A stretch of DNA of 64,000 nucleotides from an uncultured archaeon (GCA_964389465.1 CAYMDK010000001.1:188316-252315), one strand, 5' to 3'; counted from the first letter of the stretch, positions 28,581-38,394 are shown. Translations and numbers: made by a program. Notes: generated by a model not told the origin, from the letters alone.

Positions 28581-30071
28581 ATGTCGGACTACGACGACTT
28601 CATCGCCCGCGTGAAGGAGCTCTCGACGATTGAGAGCATCGGCGGGCTGCTCGGCTGGGACCAGGAAACCATGATGCCGCCCCAGGGCGGGAAGCTGCGT
28701 GCCGAGTCGCTGGCGTTCCTGTCGGGGCTGGCGCACGCGCGGCTGGTCGACCCGGCGATGGGCGAGCTGCTTGCGAAGCTCGGGGACGCCGAACTAGACG
28801 AGGAGCAGGCGGCCAACGTGCGCGAGGTGCGCCGCGCCTGGGAGAAGGCGACGAAGCTGCCGGCCGAGCTGGTCGAGGAAATCGCGCGGCACAAGTCGCA
28901 GTCCTTGCAGGTGTGGCAGGAAGCGCGTGCCGAGGACGACTTCTCGAAATTCCAGCCGGCGCTCGAGAAGATGGTCGAGCTGCAATGCCGGACGGCAGAG
29001 CACTACGGTTACGACGAGAACATCTACGACGCGCTGCTCGACAACTACGAGCAGGGAATGACGGTCGCGCAGCTCGACCCGCTCTTTGCCGGGCTGCGCG
29101 AGGAAATCGTCCCGCTGGTGAAGGCTATTGGCCGCTGCGACCAGCCCGACATGGCGTTCATGGAGCGCGGGCCGTTCCCCGAGGCGGGGCAGCGCGAGTT
29201 CTCGCTGCGCGTGGCGGCTGCCATCGGCTTCGACTTCGACGCCGGCAGGATGGATACCTCGACGCATCCCTTCTGCTCCGGCGCCGGCCCGCGCGACGTG
29301 CGGTTCACGACGCGCTACGACGAGTCGTTCCCCTTCGGCTGCCTTTACGGCGTGATGCACGAGACCGGCCACGGGCTCTACGAGCAGGGACTGCTGGCGA
29401 AGCACGAGGGCACCCCGCTCGGCAAGGCCATCTCGCTCGGCGTCCACGAGTCGCAGTCGCGGCTGTGGGAGAACCTGGTCGGCCGCAGCCGCGAGTTCTG
29501 GGAACACTGGCTGCCCGACTTTTGCGAAACCTTCCCGCACGTCGGCGACCTCGATGTGGAGACCATCCACCGGGCGGTGAACCGCGTCCACCCGTCGCTG
29601 ATTCGGGTCGAGGCGGACGAAGCCACGTACAACTTGCACATCATGCTGCGCTACGAAGTGGAAAAGGCGCTGGTCAACGGCGAAGTCCCGGTAGGCGACC
29701 TGCCGCAGTTCTGGAACTCGCGCATGGAGAAGTACCTCGGCATAACCCCGCCCAACGATACGCAGGGCGTCCTGCAGGACATCCACTGGAGCATGGGCGC
29801 TATCGGCTACTTCCCGACCTACACGCTGGGTAACCTGTACGCCGCGCAGCTGTGGGACGCCACGTTGCGCGACCTGCCCGACTTGCCACAGCAAATTGCC
29901 GCCGGGAAAACCGCGCCGCTGCTGGAGTGGATGCGCAGCCATATCCACGTGCACGGGAGCCGCTGGGAGCCGGAGGAGCTAGTGCAGCGCGCCAGCGATG
30001 CGGAGCCCGGCGCCGGGGCATTTGTGCGCTACCTGAAGGCGAAGTTCGGGGCGCTCTACGGGCTGGCCTGA
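28581..30071 (+). CDS. carboxypeptidase Taq-type metallopeptidase (M32)
   Basis: 496 aa with HETGHGLYEQG (HExxH), HESQSRLWEN and IRVEADE motifs. Confidence 0.9.
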   Translation: MSDYDDFIARVKELSTIESIGGLLGWDQETMMPPQGGKLRAESLAFLSGLAHARLVDPAMGELLAKLGDAELDEEQAANVREVRRAWEKATKLPAELVEEIARHKSQSLQVWQEARAEDDFSKFQPALEKMVELQCRTAEHYGYDENIYDALLDNYEQGMTVAQLDPLFAGLREEIVPLVKAIGRCDQPDMAFMERGPFPEAGQREFSLRVAAAIGFDFDAGRMDTSTHPFCSGAGPRDVRFTTRYDESFPFGCLYGVMHETGHGLYEQGLLAKHEGTPLGKAISLGVHESQSRLWENLVGRSREFWEHWLPDFCETFPHVGDLDVETIHRAVNRVHPSLIRVEADEATYNLHIMLRYEVEKALVNGEVPVGDLPQFWNSRMEKYLGITPPNDTQGVLQDIHWSMGAIGYFPTYTLGNLYAAQLWDATLRDLPDLPQQIAAGKTAPLLEWMRSHIHVHGSRWEPEELVQRASDAEPGAGAFVRYLKAKFGALYGLA

Positions 30072-31219
30072 CGCCCCGTCCGCCAGCGCACCAGCACCGC
30101 CACGCCGGCAAACGCTACAGCGATGACGAGCAGCGCCAGCACGGTCCCGGCCGCCCCGCCCCCATCATCGCTGGCGGCGGGCGCTGCCGGGTCACCGTAC
30201 GCCAGTTCCGTTACCAGCCCTGACGCGATATCGAGGCCGGTCTGGAATCCCGCCAGCAGGTTGGCGTGCGAGCCGGCGATAAGTTCGAGCGATTCGAGCC
30301 GGTCGGTCGAGAAGTGCTTGATGGTCTGCTCGCACGCGTCACCCTCCTCCCAGGCGTACTCATGCATGCCGCGGAACCAGATGGCGGGGATGCCGGCGCG
30401 GATGAACGCGGCCTGGTCGGAGTTGGTCTCGGTGTCGTCGATGGCGAGCACCCACTCGGGCGGGAGCGCCAGCTCGTCGTAGGCGACCTGCTCCAGCGCC
30501 TCGCGCAGCATCGAGAAGTTGGCGCGGGTCTGGTTGTCGTATTCGTAACCGGCGTAGCCGGAGAAGTCCTCGACCGGCGAGGTGTAGAGATAGAGCTTGA
30601 AAAATTCTTCATCGCAGAGCGGCGTCAGGCTGGCGCGGTTCGGGACCGGGTAGGAGAGTCCGAACATATCGAAATTCAGGTTCGCCAGCACGGTCGCGTT
30701 GCCGCGGGCCGACTCGACGAACAGCTGCGCGCCCTGCCCGCCCTCCTCCTCCGAGTCCCACGCGCCGAAGACCAGCGAGATTTCCGGCTGCGCCGCGACT
30801 TCCTGCGTGAAGTAGCGCGCCAGCTCGAGCACAGTGGCGGTGCCGGCGGCGTTGTCGTAGGCGCCCGAGTCGCTGGTTATGGTGGCGTCGTAGTGGCCTC
30901 CCAGCACCAGCCACGTGTCGGGGTCCTTGCCCTCATAGTAGCCGACGACGTTGACCGCGTCGACCGGCTGCCCGGCCTGGTTGACGGTGTATTCCTGGCG
31001 GTACACCTCCAGACCGTAGCCTTCCATGGTCTGCGCGATGAACGCCTCCGCCTCGTGGTGGCCGGGGGTGTCGAGGTAGCGGTACCAGTCGGAGATAGTG
31101 TCGACAAACTCGTAAACCTGCTCGGCCGAAGGCTCCGTCGCTGCACTGCTTCCCGGCGCGGCGACCGGCAGCGCCGCCAGCACCAGCAGCAGGGCGAGCG
31201 GCAGCGCGGCAGCCTTCAC
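30056..31219 (-). CDS. secreted M28-family aminopeptidase with a C-terminal membrane anchor
   Basis: Signal peptide, then GGHYDA...GAYDNAAGTA...WDSEEEG motifs, then a C-terminal hydrophobic helix followed by a basic tail. Confidence 0.8.
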   Translation of the reverse strand: MKAAALPLALLLVLAALPVAAPGSSAATEPSAEQVYEFVDTISDWYRYLDTPGHHEAEAFIAQTMEGYGLEVYRQEYTVNQAGQPVDAVNVVGYYEGKDPDTWLVLGGHYDATITSDSGAYDNAAGTATVLELARYFTQEVAAQPEISLVFGAWDSEEEGGQGAQLFVESARGNATVLANLNFDMFGLSYPVPNRASLTPLCDEEFFKLYLYTSPVEDFSGYAGYEYDNQTRANFSMLREALEQVAYDELALPPEWVLAIDDTETNSDQAAFIRAGIPAIWFRGMHEYAWEEGDACEQTIKHFSTDRLESLELIAGSHANLLAGFQTGLDIASGLVTELAYGDPAAPAASDDGGGAAGTVLALLVIAVAFAGVAVLVRWRTGRQASP

Positions 31220-31399
31220 GGATTTCGAAGCGGAGGGTGCGCTATAGCCTTTTTTGCGAGTGGGGCACCACAGCGAGAAACCCTGCCCCGGTCAACCGCT
31301 GCGGCCCTCATAGCCGCAGCGGTTGATGGTTGCCACTGCATCGGCCGGGCTTCCGGCTCGTTCGATGTCTGTGGCATTCCTCACCAATTCGGGACGAAT

Positions 31400-31475
31400 T
31401 GGTAGCCCCGCCAGGATTCGAACCTGGGTCACAGGCTCCAAAGGCCTGCATGCTGGACCGCTACACCACGGGGCT
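31400..31475 (-). tRNA. tRNA-Gln (anticodon UUG), CCA encoded
   Basis: Hand-folded: acceptor AGCCCCG/CGGGGCT, anticodon arm CAGGC-CTTTGGA-GCCTG, T arm CCAGG-TTCGAAT-CCTGG, 3' ACCA. Confidence 0.9.
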
Positions 31476-31559
31476 GCCTGCCGTCGAGCAGGCGCTGGTT
31501 ATAGAAGCGCTCCCGCGCAAGCGTTAAAACTTGCACTCTGCGTGCGCGCAGCAGTTACC

Positions 31560-31841
31560 ATGGGCGAAGCAGCACCGAAGAGCTCGGTCCAGAAATTCAT
31601 GGACGCGGTATCCAGCCATTATGAGCAGCTGGGCTATCCGCTAATCTGGAGCGACGACGAGGATGAGGGTGAGATGCTGGAAATCCAGTTCAAGTCAGAA
31701 TCCGGTTACTTCGTCTCGGCGCGCTTCGTCCCGCGCAAGGACTACATAATCCTGAAGGACGAATGGGGCCACGAACTGAAACTGCGTCCGACGCGCGGCA
31801 ACCTGAAGCAGGTCAAGGGCTGGTCTGACTCGCGCGAGTGA
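31560..31841 (+). CDS. hypothetical small acidic protein
   Basis: 93 aa from the ATG at 31560. The upstream part of ORF 31323..31841 overlaps the tRNA and is rejected. Confidence 0.5.
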   Translation: MGEAAPKSSVQKFMDAVSSHYEQLGYPLIWSDDEDEGEMLEIQFKSESGYFVSARFVPRKDYIILKDEWGHELKLRPTRGNLKQVKGWSDSRE

Positions 31842-31860
31842 AGCGCGCCCGCCCATCCTG

Positions 31861-32508
31861 CTACGGCAGCCGACTCATACTTTCGACACCGGGGCGCGGG
31901 ATGACCTGCAGGTCCACCACCGTCCCGTCGTTGCCAAAGCTGAAGACCCACGGCTCGCACCAGCCGATTTCAGTCTGCAGGATTTGCGCCGGGCTGTAGT
32001 CGAGCAGGTGCATCACGATGGCGCGAATCGAGTTGCCGTGCGCGCTCACCAGCACGTTGCGTCCCGCCATGACCTCGGGCAGGATGCGGTCGCGCAGGTA
32101 GGGAATCGCGCGGTCGGCCGTCTCCTTCAGCGACTCGCCGCCCGGTGGCGCGACGTCGAAGCTGCGGCGCCACTGGTGCACCTGCCCCGCTCCGAAGCGC
32201 TCGGCCGCCTCGGCCTTGTTCTGCCCAATCAGGTCGCCGTAGTTGCGCTCGTTGAGCGCTAGGTCGCGCTCGACCGGGATGTCTTCCTGCCCGATACCGG
32301 CGAGCAGGATGTCGAGCGTATGCTGCGCGCGCACCAGCACCGACGTGAACGCGATGCCGAATTGCGTTTCGCGCAGCAGCGCTGCCGCCTGCTCCGCCTC
32401 GGAGATGCCTTGCGCGTTGAGTGGCACATCCTTCCAGCCGGTGAACCTGTTCTGGTCGTTGTAGGTCGAGAGCCCGTGGCGCACCAGCACCAGTTTTCCC
32501 GGTGTCAC
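31861..32508 (-). CDS. gpmA: 2,3-bisphosphoglycerate-dependent phosphoglycerate mutase / histidine phosphatase family
   Basis: LVLVRHGLSTYNDQNRFTGWKDVPL is the RHG catalytic motif. GTG start at 32508 with GGAGG 7 nt upstream, and a GTGA overlap with the upstream gene. Confidence 0.85.
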   Translation of the reverse strand: MTPGKLVLVRHGLSTYNDQNRFTGWKDVPLNAQGISEAEQAAALLRETQFGIAFTSVLVRAQHTLDILLAGIGQEDIPVERDLALNERNYGDLIGQNKAEAAERFGAGQVHQWRRSFDVAPPGGESLKETADRAIPYLRDRILPEVMAGRNVLVSAHGNSIRAIVMHLLDYSPAQILQTEIGWCEPWVFSFGNDGTVVDLQVIPRPGVESMSRLP

Positions 32509-33500
32509 GTAAATTCCTCCAATGTCGTTTCCCCCCGCTCGGGGAGTGGCTGTGCAGGTATCCCCAGTCGCTTGCGGATTTCGCGCGCCAGTTCGCTCTG
32601 CGCACCGTGGACCGTGTAGACCCGCTGCGGCGCGCACGCCTCGACGAAGTTGAGCAGCCCGGCGAAGTCGGCGTGGTCGCTCATCGGGAACCCCGCGTCG
32701 ACGCCGCGCAGCGCCCATGGCGCGAAAGCGCACCAGCCGGAAACGCGCGCAGTGTGCGCGCCGCGCTGCCGCAGCTCGAGCACGACCGCGTCGGGGCGGC
32801 GGCCGCTGGTTGCGGTCGATGACGTCACGAGCATCCCCGGCGCGGCGCGCTGCTCGGGCGAGAGCGCCGCGAAGCGGTCGTATTCCAGCGGCACGTCGTG
32901 CTGCACGTAGATGTCGCACACCTCGCCGACGTCGTCGGAGACCGCGGGGCGCAGTCCGGCGGCGTTGGCGGCCGCGACCACCTCCTGCGCCTTGCCGAGT
33001 GTGTATGCCCCCACGATGCCGCCGCCGTTGGCCGCGACCGCCAGCATCCACCCTTGCAGGTCGCGCAGCACGCGGTGGCGCGGCGGCAGCACCTGCTCCG
33101 GCCGGCCGTAAGTCGCCTCGATTACCAGCGTCTCGCACGGCCGGGGCTCGGCGCGGCCGGCGGTGATGGTGCCATACGGGTTGAAGTCGCCGGTGTAGAG
33201 CACGCGTCCGCCGTCGACCGCGACCATCGCGCTGCCGATGACGTGGCCGGCATCGTGGAATTCGACCTCGATGCCGCGCACGTGGAACGGCTCGCGGTAG
33301 CAATGCAGCTGCGCCTTGCGGCTGCCGGTGCGCACCCGCATAACCTCGGCTGTCGCCGGCGTCATGTGCGTCCGCGGCCGCAGGTGGTCGGAGTGCGCGT
33401 GCGTCACCACCCCGTCGGCGCGGCCGCGCGACGGGTCAAGGTAGACCGCCCCCTCGCCGTCGGAGACGCAGATGCCGCCGTGCGCGAAAACCTGCATCAT
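32505..33500 (-). CDS. MBL-fold hydrolase, beta-CASP-like (short COG1236-type nuclease)
   Basis: 331 aa with THAHSDH, a later HDAGHV, and a C-terminal MSDHADF...TVHG. ATGA overlap with the upstream gene. Confidence 0.7.
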   Translation of the reverse strand: MMQVFAHGGICVSDGEGAVYLDPSRGRADGVVTHAHSDHLRPRTHMTPATAEVMRVRTGSRKAQLHCYREPFHVRGIEVEFHDAGHVIGSAMVAVDGGRVLYTGDFNPYGTITAGRAEPRPCETLVIEATYGRPEQVLPPRHRVLRDLQGWMLAVAANGGGIVGAYTLGKAQEVVAAANAAGLRPAVSDDVGEVCDIYVQHDVPLEYDRFAALSPEQRAAPGMLVTSSTATSGRRPDAVVLELRQRGAHTARVSGWCAFAPWALRGVDAGFPMSDHADFAGLLNFVEACAPQRVYTVHGAQSELAREIRKRLGIPAQPLPERGETTLEEFT

Positions 33501-34021
33501 CCCTCCCGCAGCGAGAAGCCGTAGCGCGCCGGCTCGCGCCAGCGATGCCCCGTCGTGTAGCGGCAGAGCGGGCAGCGGAAGCCGATGGCGACGCGGCCGC
33601 CCGAGAGCGTCGCGTTGTGCACCTTCGCCAGCGGCTCGCGGCAGACCGGGCACGGCACGCCCGGGGCGGCGAACTCGCCGCGGTGGTGGCGGTGCCCCGA
33701 AAGGTCATCCCCCGCGCGGGCGCGCCGCCAGCGCTTGACGACCGGGTCGTAGCGCATGCCCATGCGCCGCAGGTCCGCCTCGTCCGGCTCCGGCGCAGCG
33801 CCGACCGAGCGGGTGCGGATGTCGAGCTTGACGCGGCCGGAGTGCACCAGCACCCGCCGCATCCGTTCGGCACCGAGCCGGAACTTGTCGTCCTCTTCGT
33901 GGAGCCGCGCCAGCACCCGCCGCTGCATTTCTGCCTGCGTCCCGACGTGGCCCGAAGCTTCGAGCGTCGCGACCGCGGCGGCGACGATTTCGCTGTCGGT
34001 CGCCTTGCGGTACTCCATCAT
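33497..34021 (-). CDS. hypothetical protein with a C-terminal zinc ribbon
   Basis: 174 aa with CPVC...(19 aa)...CPLC. It is the first gene of a three-gene overlapping set. Confidence 0.5.
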   Translation of the reverse strand: MMEYRKATDSEIVAAAVATLEASGHVGTQAEMQRRVLARLHEEDDKFRLGAERMRRVLVHSGRVKLDIRTRSVGAAPEPDEADLRRMGMRYDPVVKRWRRARAGDDLSGHRHHRGEFAAPGVPCPVCREPLAKVHNATLSGGRVAIGFRCPLCRYTTGHRWREPARYGFSLREG

Positions 34022-34042
34022 GCCCGCAGGCTCCGCCGCCGC

Positions 34043-37000
34043 TTAAGCGTGGCGGGCGCTGAAGCCCAGCGCGACGCCGTCGACCTCGAAGCGCTCCGTC
34101 CGCCGGGGCGGTGCCTTGTGGTGCAGCTTCGCGTCGGCGGCGCGGGTCTCAGACTGTACCCACTCCCAGTCGGCGGCGGCCAGTTCGGGCGCCCCGTCGG
34201 GCAGCCACACCTCGAGCGCGATGCGGTCCTCGATTGCCAGATCGAGCGCCTTGCGCTGCGCCTGCACGCGGCGGGTGATTTCGCGCGCTAGTCCCTTCGA
34301 GAGCAGCGCGTCGTCGACCGCCATGTCCAGGACGAGCGAAACGCCCGAATCGAGCGTCGCGGCTGCGAAGCCGGGACGCTCGACGCGCAGCAGCTCGACA
34401 TCCTCCGGCGCAATAGCGTGGCCGGCCAGCTCCAGCTGGCCCGCCTCGAGCGCCGCGGCGCCCTCCTCGGAGTCGAGCGCTTCGAGCGCCGCCTTGACGG
34501 CGGGCAGGTCGCCCTTGACCTTCGCGCCGAGCGTGCCGAAATTGGGGCGCAGCTCGACCTGCTGGAACTTCCCCAGCTTCGGCTCGACCGCCAGCGCTTC
34601 GACGTTCAGCTCCTCCGCCAGCAGCGAATGGAACTGCGCGATGTCGGGGCCGCCCACAATCCAGCCGGCGCGGCACGGCAGCCGCTGGCGCCGCTGCGAC
34701 TCGGCGCGCACGCGGCGCCCCGCCTCGGCCAGTGCACGCACCAGCGCCATCTGCTCCTCAAGCGCGATGTCGCGCTCCGCGGGCGCCGGCCAGTCGGCGA
34801 GATGCACGCTGCTGCCCGCCAGTGCGTGGTGGATGTGGTCACTCATGTAGGGCGCAATTGGCGCCATCAGTCGGCAGACGGTCGCGAGCAATGTGTGCAG
34901 CGTATGCTGGCAGGCGGCCTTGTCCTCCGACGGCGCGTCGCTCCAGAGCCGCCGCCGCGACCGCCGCACATACCAGTTGCTGACATCGTCGACGACAAAC
35001 TCCTCCAGCAGCCGCGCCGCGCGGTGGAAGCGCCACTGCTCGAAGAGCGCCGTGTATTCCTCGACCACGGCGGCGAGCCGCGAGAGCGCCCAGCGGTCAA
35101 GTGGCTTCAAGGGCGGTGGCTCCGCGCCCGGGTCGAAGTCGTCGAGCGCAGCGTAGTCGGCGTGGAAGCGGTAGGTGTTCCACAACGTCAGGAAGAAGCG
35201 CGCGAACGTCTCGCGCAGTGCCTTGGCGTCGAACCGCAGTTCGGCCCACGGGGCGCCCGCCGTCACCATGTACCAGCGCACGGCGTCGGCGCCTTCGCGG
35301 TCGAAATGGTCGCCCGGGTTGACGATGTTGCCGCGCGACTTGGACATCTTCTTGCCGTCGCGGTCGAGAATCAGCCCCAGCGACAGGCAGCTGCGGTAGC
35401 AGGGCGAGTCAAAGACCGCGGTCGCGACCGCCAGCAGCGAGTAGAACCAGCCGCGCGTCTGGTCGACCCCCTCGCAGATGTAGTCGACCGGGAAATTCGC
35501 CTCGAATTTCCCGTCCTCCGCGAAGGGATAGTGCCACTGCGCGAAAGATGCGCAGCCCGAGTCGAACCAGCAATCCATCACGAACGGCTCGCGCGCCATC
35601 TCGCCGCCGCACTCGCCGCACCGCAGCTTCACCGCGTCGACGTAAGGGCGATGCAAGTCCTCGGGGACGGTGGCGGGGTCAAGCGCCAGCTCGCGCAGTT
35701 CGGCACGCGAGCCGATGCAGTGCTGGTGGCCGCACTCGCAGCGCCAGACCGGCAGCGGCGTGCCCCAGAACCGCTCGCGGCTGATGGCCCAGTCCTTGAC
35801 GTTCTCGAGCCATTCGCCGAACCGCTTCTCGCCGACCCATGCCGGCGCCCATTCGACCTGCGCGTTGTGCGCCAGCAGTTGCTCCCGCACGGCGGTCATC
35901 CGCACGAACCACGAGTCCATGGCGTAGTAGAGCAGCGGATGCTCGGTGCGCCAGCAGTGGGGGTAGTCGTGGGTGTATTCCTCGGTGCGGTAGAGCTGCC
36001 CCGCGTCGTCGAGCAGGCCGATGATGTCGGAGTCGCACTCCTTGACGTAACGCCCGTCAAGGTCGGGATGCACCCCTTCGACGAAACGGCCGTCGGTGCC
36101 GACAGTGTGCACTTCGGGCAGACCGACGGCGCGCCCAAGGTTGAAGTCGTCCTCGCCGTACATGACGGCGGTGTGGACGATGCCGGTCCCCTCGGTGGTG
36201 GTGACGAAGTCGGCGGCGATGACGGTCCACGCCGTGTCGGAACCGCCGGCGTCAATCGCACCGGGGAATAGCGGCTCGTAGCGCCGGCCGACAAGTTCGG
36301 AGCCGGGGAATTCCTCCAGCACCTCGGCCTGGTGGCGCAGCGTCGCCTTCAGCAACTCCTTGGCGAGAATAAGCTCGTCGCCCACCGCGGCGCCGCCGGG
36401 ACCGCTCCAGCCCTCGGGCGGCGCGGTGACGCGCACGCGGCAGTAGGTGACGTCCGGCCCGACCGCCAGGCCAACGTTGCCCGGCAGCGTCCACGGCGTC
36501 GTGGTCCACGCCAGGATTGAAGCATTGTCGTCGACCAGCCGGAAACGGGCATAGAGCGAAGCTTCGGAGACTTCCCTGTAGCCCAGCGCAACCTCGTGGC
36601 TGCTGTAACTCGTGCCGGTCTGCGGGCAGTAGGGCAGCACCTTGTAGTCGCGGTAGAGCAGCCCCTTGTCGAACATCTGCTTCAGCGACCACCACGCTGA
36701 CTCGATGTAGTCGTCGTGGAGCGTCACGTAGGGGTCGTCCATGTCGACCCAGAATCCCATGCGCTCGGTCATCTCGCGCCACGCTGATTCGTAGGTCCAG
36801 ACGCTCTCCCGGCAGGCGGTGTTGAACTTCTCGATGCCGTAAGCCTCGATTTCGCCGCTCGTCCCCAGCCCGAGCGCTTTCTGCACCTCGATTTCGACCG
36901 GCAGCCCGTGGGTGTCCCAGCCGCCTTTGCGCTCGACGTAGCGCCCCTGCATCGCGCGCCAGCGGCAGACCAGGTCCTTGTAGGTCCGCGAGATGACGTG

Positions 37001-37171
37001 GTGGATGCCCGGACGGCCATTGGCAGTCGGTGGCCCCTCCAGGAAGACGAACGGCAGTTCCCCCTTGCGCTGCGTCACTTGCTGCGCGAACGTGCCGTCG
37101 GCCGCCCAGCGTGCGGCGACCGCCTGTTCGAGCGCTACCGGGTCGCAATCCCCGACGGAGTCGGCTGCCAT
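34043..37171 (-). CDS. ileS: isoleucine--tRNA ligase
   Basis: 1042 aa with HIGH-type PPTANGRPGIHH, KMSKS (KMSKSRGN) and a CP1 editing-domain-length insertion. Confidence 0.95.
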   Translation of the reverse strand: MAADSVGDCDPVALEQAVAARWAADGTFAQQVTQRKGELPFVFLEGPPTANGRPGIHHVISRTYKDLVCRWRAMQGRYVERKGGWDTHGLPVEIEVQKALGLGTSGEIEAYGIEKFNTACRESVWTYESAWREMTERMGFWVDMDDPYVTLHDDYIESAWWSLKQMFDKGLLYRDYKVLPYCPQTGTSYSSHEVALGYREVSEASLYARFRLVDDNASILAWTTTPWTLPGNVGLAVGPDVTYCRVRVTAPPEGWSGPGGAAVGDELILAKELLKATLRHQAEVLEEFPGSELVGRRYEPLFPGAIDAGGSDTAWTVIAADFVTTTEGTGIVHTAVMYGEDDFNLGRAVGLPEVHTVGTDGRFVEGVHPDLDGRYVKECDSDIIGLLDDAGQLYRTEEYTHDYPHCWRTEHPLLYYAMDSWFVRMTAVREQLLAHNAQVEWAPAWVGEKRFGEWLENVKDWAISRERFWGTPLPVWRCECGHQHCIGSRAELRELALDPATVPEDLHRPYVDAVKLRCGECGGEMAREPFVMDCWFDSGCASFAQWHYPFAEDGKFEANFPVDYICEGVDQTRGWFYSLLAVATAVFDSPCYRSCLSLGLILDRDGKKMSKSRGNIVNPGDHFDREGADAVRWYMVTAGAPWAELRFDAKALRETFARFFLTLWNTYRFHADYAALDDFDPGAEPPPLKPLDRWALSRLAAVVEEYTALFEQWRFHRAARLLEEFVVDDVSNWYVRRSRRRLWSDAPSEDKAACQHTLHTLLATVCRLMAPIAPYMSDHIHHALAGSSVHLADWPAPAERDIALEEQMALVRALAEAGRRVRAESQRRQRLPCRAGWIVGGPDIAQFHSLLAEELNVEALAVEPKLGKFQQVELRPNFGTLGAKVKGDLPAVKAALEALDSEEGAAALEAGQLELAGHAIAPEDVELLRVERPGFAAATLDSGVSLVLDMAVDDALLSKGLAREITRRVQAQRKALDLAIEDRIALEVWLPDGAPELAAADWEWVQSETRAADAKLHHKAPPRRTERFEVDGVALGFSARHA

Positions 37172-37252
37172 CGCGTGCGGCAGTTGGCGCCCGCTAAAAA
37201 GCCCGCCCGAGTCTTAATCCTTTTATGGCGCCCGCCGTCCGCCGCACCGCGT

Positions 37253-37328
37253 GCCGGGGTGGCGTAGTTGGCAGCGCGCCGGACTCATAATCCGGAGGTC
37301 GCGGGTTCAAACCCCGCTCCCGGCACCA
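37253..37328 (+). tRNA. tRNA with CAU anticodon (elongator Met, or Ile2 if C34 is agmatidinylated), CCA encoded
   Basis: Hand-folded: acceptor GCCGGGG/TCCCGGC, anticodon arm CCGGA-CTCATAA-TCCGG, T arm GCGGG-TTCAAAC-CCCGC. G1:C72 rules out an initiator. Confidence 0.85.
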
Positions 37329-38282
37329 TTACTCCCACTCGATGGTCCCGGGCGGTTTGTCGGTGATGTCGTAGACCACGCGGTTCACATCCGCCTTGAG
37401 TTCATTGGTGATGCGGCGCGAGATGCGCTGCTGCACCGCCCATGGCATTTCGGACGCTTGCGCAGTCATCGCATCGTAGCTCTGGACCGCCCGCACGGCA
37501 ATCGTATGGCCGTAGGCGCGGACGTCGCCCTGCACGCCGACGGTGCGCACCGGCAGCAGCACCGCGAAATACTGCCACGGCAGTTCCATCTCGCCCGCCT
37601 CCGCGGCAGCCTCGATTTCCTGCTCGACGATATGACATGCCTGCCGCACCAGCGCGGTGCGTTCGCGGGTCGCCTCGCCCATCACCCGCACCGCCAGCCC
37701 GGGGCCGGGGAACGGCTGCCGCTGCGCGACCGCAACGCCGAGGTGTTCTGCCAGCGCGCGCACCTCGTCCTTGTAGAGCTCGCGCAGCGGCTCGCAGAGT
37801 TCCATTTCCATGTCCTCCGGCAGGCCGCCGACGTTGTGGTGCGACTTGATGGTGTCGCGCAGCCCGCCGCCCGACTCAATCCAGTCGGGCGCGATGGTCC
37901 CCTGCACCAGCCATTTCGCGTCGAAACCGCGCGCCTCTTCCTCGAAGACGCGTATAAAAAGCTCGCCGATGCGCGTGCGCTTCAGCTCGGGGTCGGTCAC
38001 TCCTTCCAGCGCCGTGAAGAAGCGGTCGCTGGCGTCAACCACGCGATGGTTGACGCCCATGTCGACAAGCATGCGGCCGACCGCCTGCGGCTCGTCCTGC
38101 CGCATGTAGCCGGTGTCAACGTGCACCGCCAGCAGCAGCTCGCCCAGCGCCTGCGACGAGAGCACCGCCGCCGCCATTGAATCGACGCCACCCGAGGCGG
38201 CGATTATCGCCCTGCCGCTAACCTGCTTCTCGATGGCGGCGACCGCCTCCTGTGCGAAGCCCGGAGGGTCAAAGAATCCCAT
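37329..38282 (-). CDS. guaA: GMP synthase subunit B (ATP pyrophosphatase subunit of the split archaeal GuaA)
   Basis: 317 aa with P-loop SGGVDS and the C-terminal KPPGTIEWE signature. There is no GATase domain. Confidence 0.9.
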   Translation of the reverse strand: MGFFDPPGFAQEAVAAIEKQVSGRAIIAASGGVDSMAAAVLSSQALGELLLAVHVDTGYMRQDEPQAVGRMLVDMGVNHRVVDASDRFFTALEGVTDPELKRTRIGELFIRVFEEEARGFDAKWLVQGTIAPDWIESGGGLRDTIKSHHNVGGLPEDMEMELCEPLRELYKDEVRALAEHLGVAVAQRQPFPGPGLAVRVMGEATRERTALVRQACHIVEQEIEAAAEAGEMELPWQYFAVLLPVRTVGVQGDVRAYGHTIAVRAVQSYDAMTAQASEMPWAVQQRISRRITNELKADVNRVVYDITDKPPGTIEWE

Positions 38283-38336
38283 GCGCGCACATGCGGGCCA
38301 CCGCTATAAGGCTGGCTTGCGGCGGCGGCCGCGTCA

Positions 38337-38379
38337 ACTTTTATATATCCCTAGCGTAACTAGGTGCCTAGCGTAACTA
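38337..38379 (+). promoter_or_regulatory. TATA-like box followed by two 13-nt direct repeats
   Basis: ttttatatat (38337-38346), then cctagcgtaacta at 38350-38362 and again at 38367-38379, just upstream of the ATG at 38395. Confidence 0.35.
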
Positions 38380-38394
38380 CGCTGGAGCACAAAA

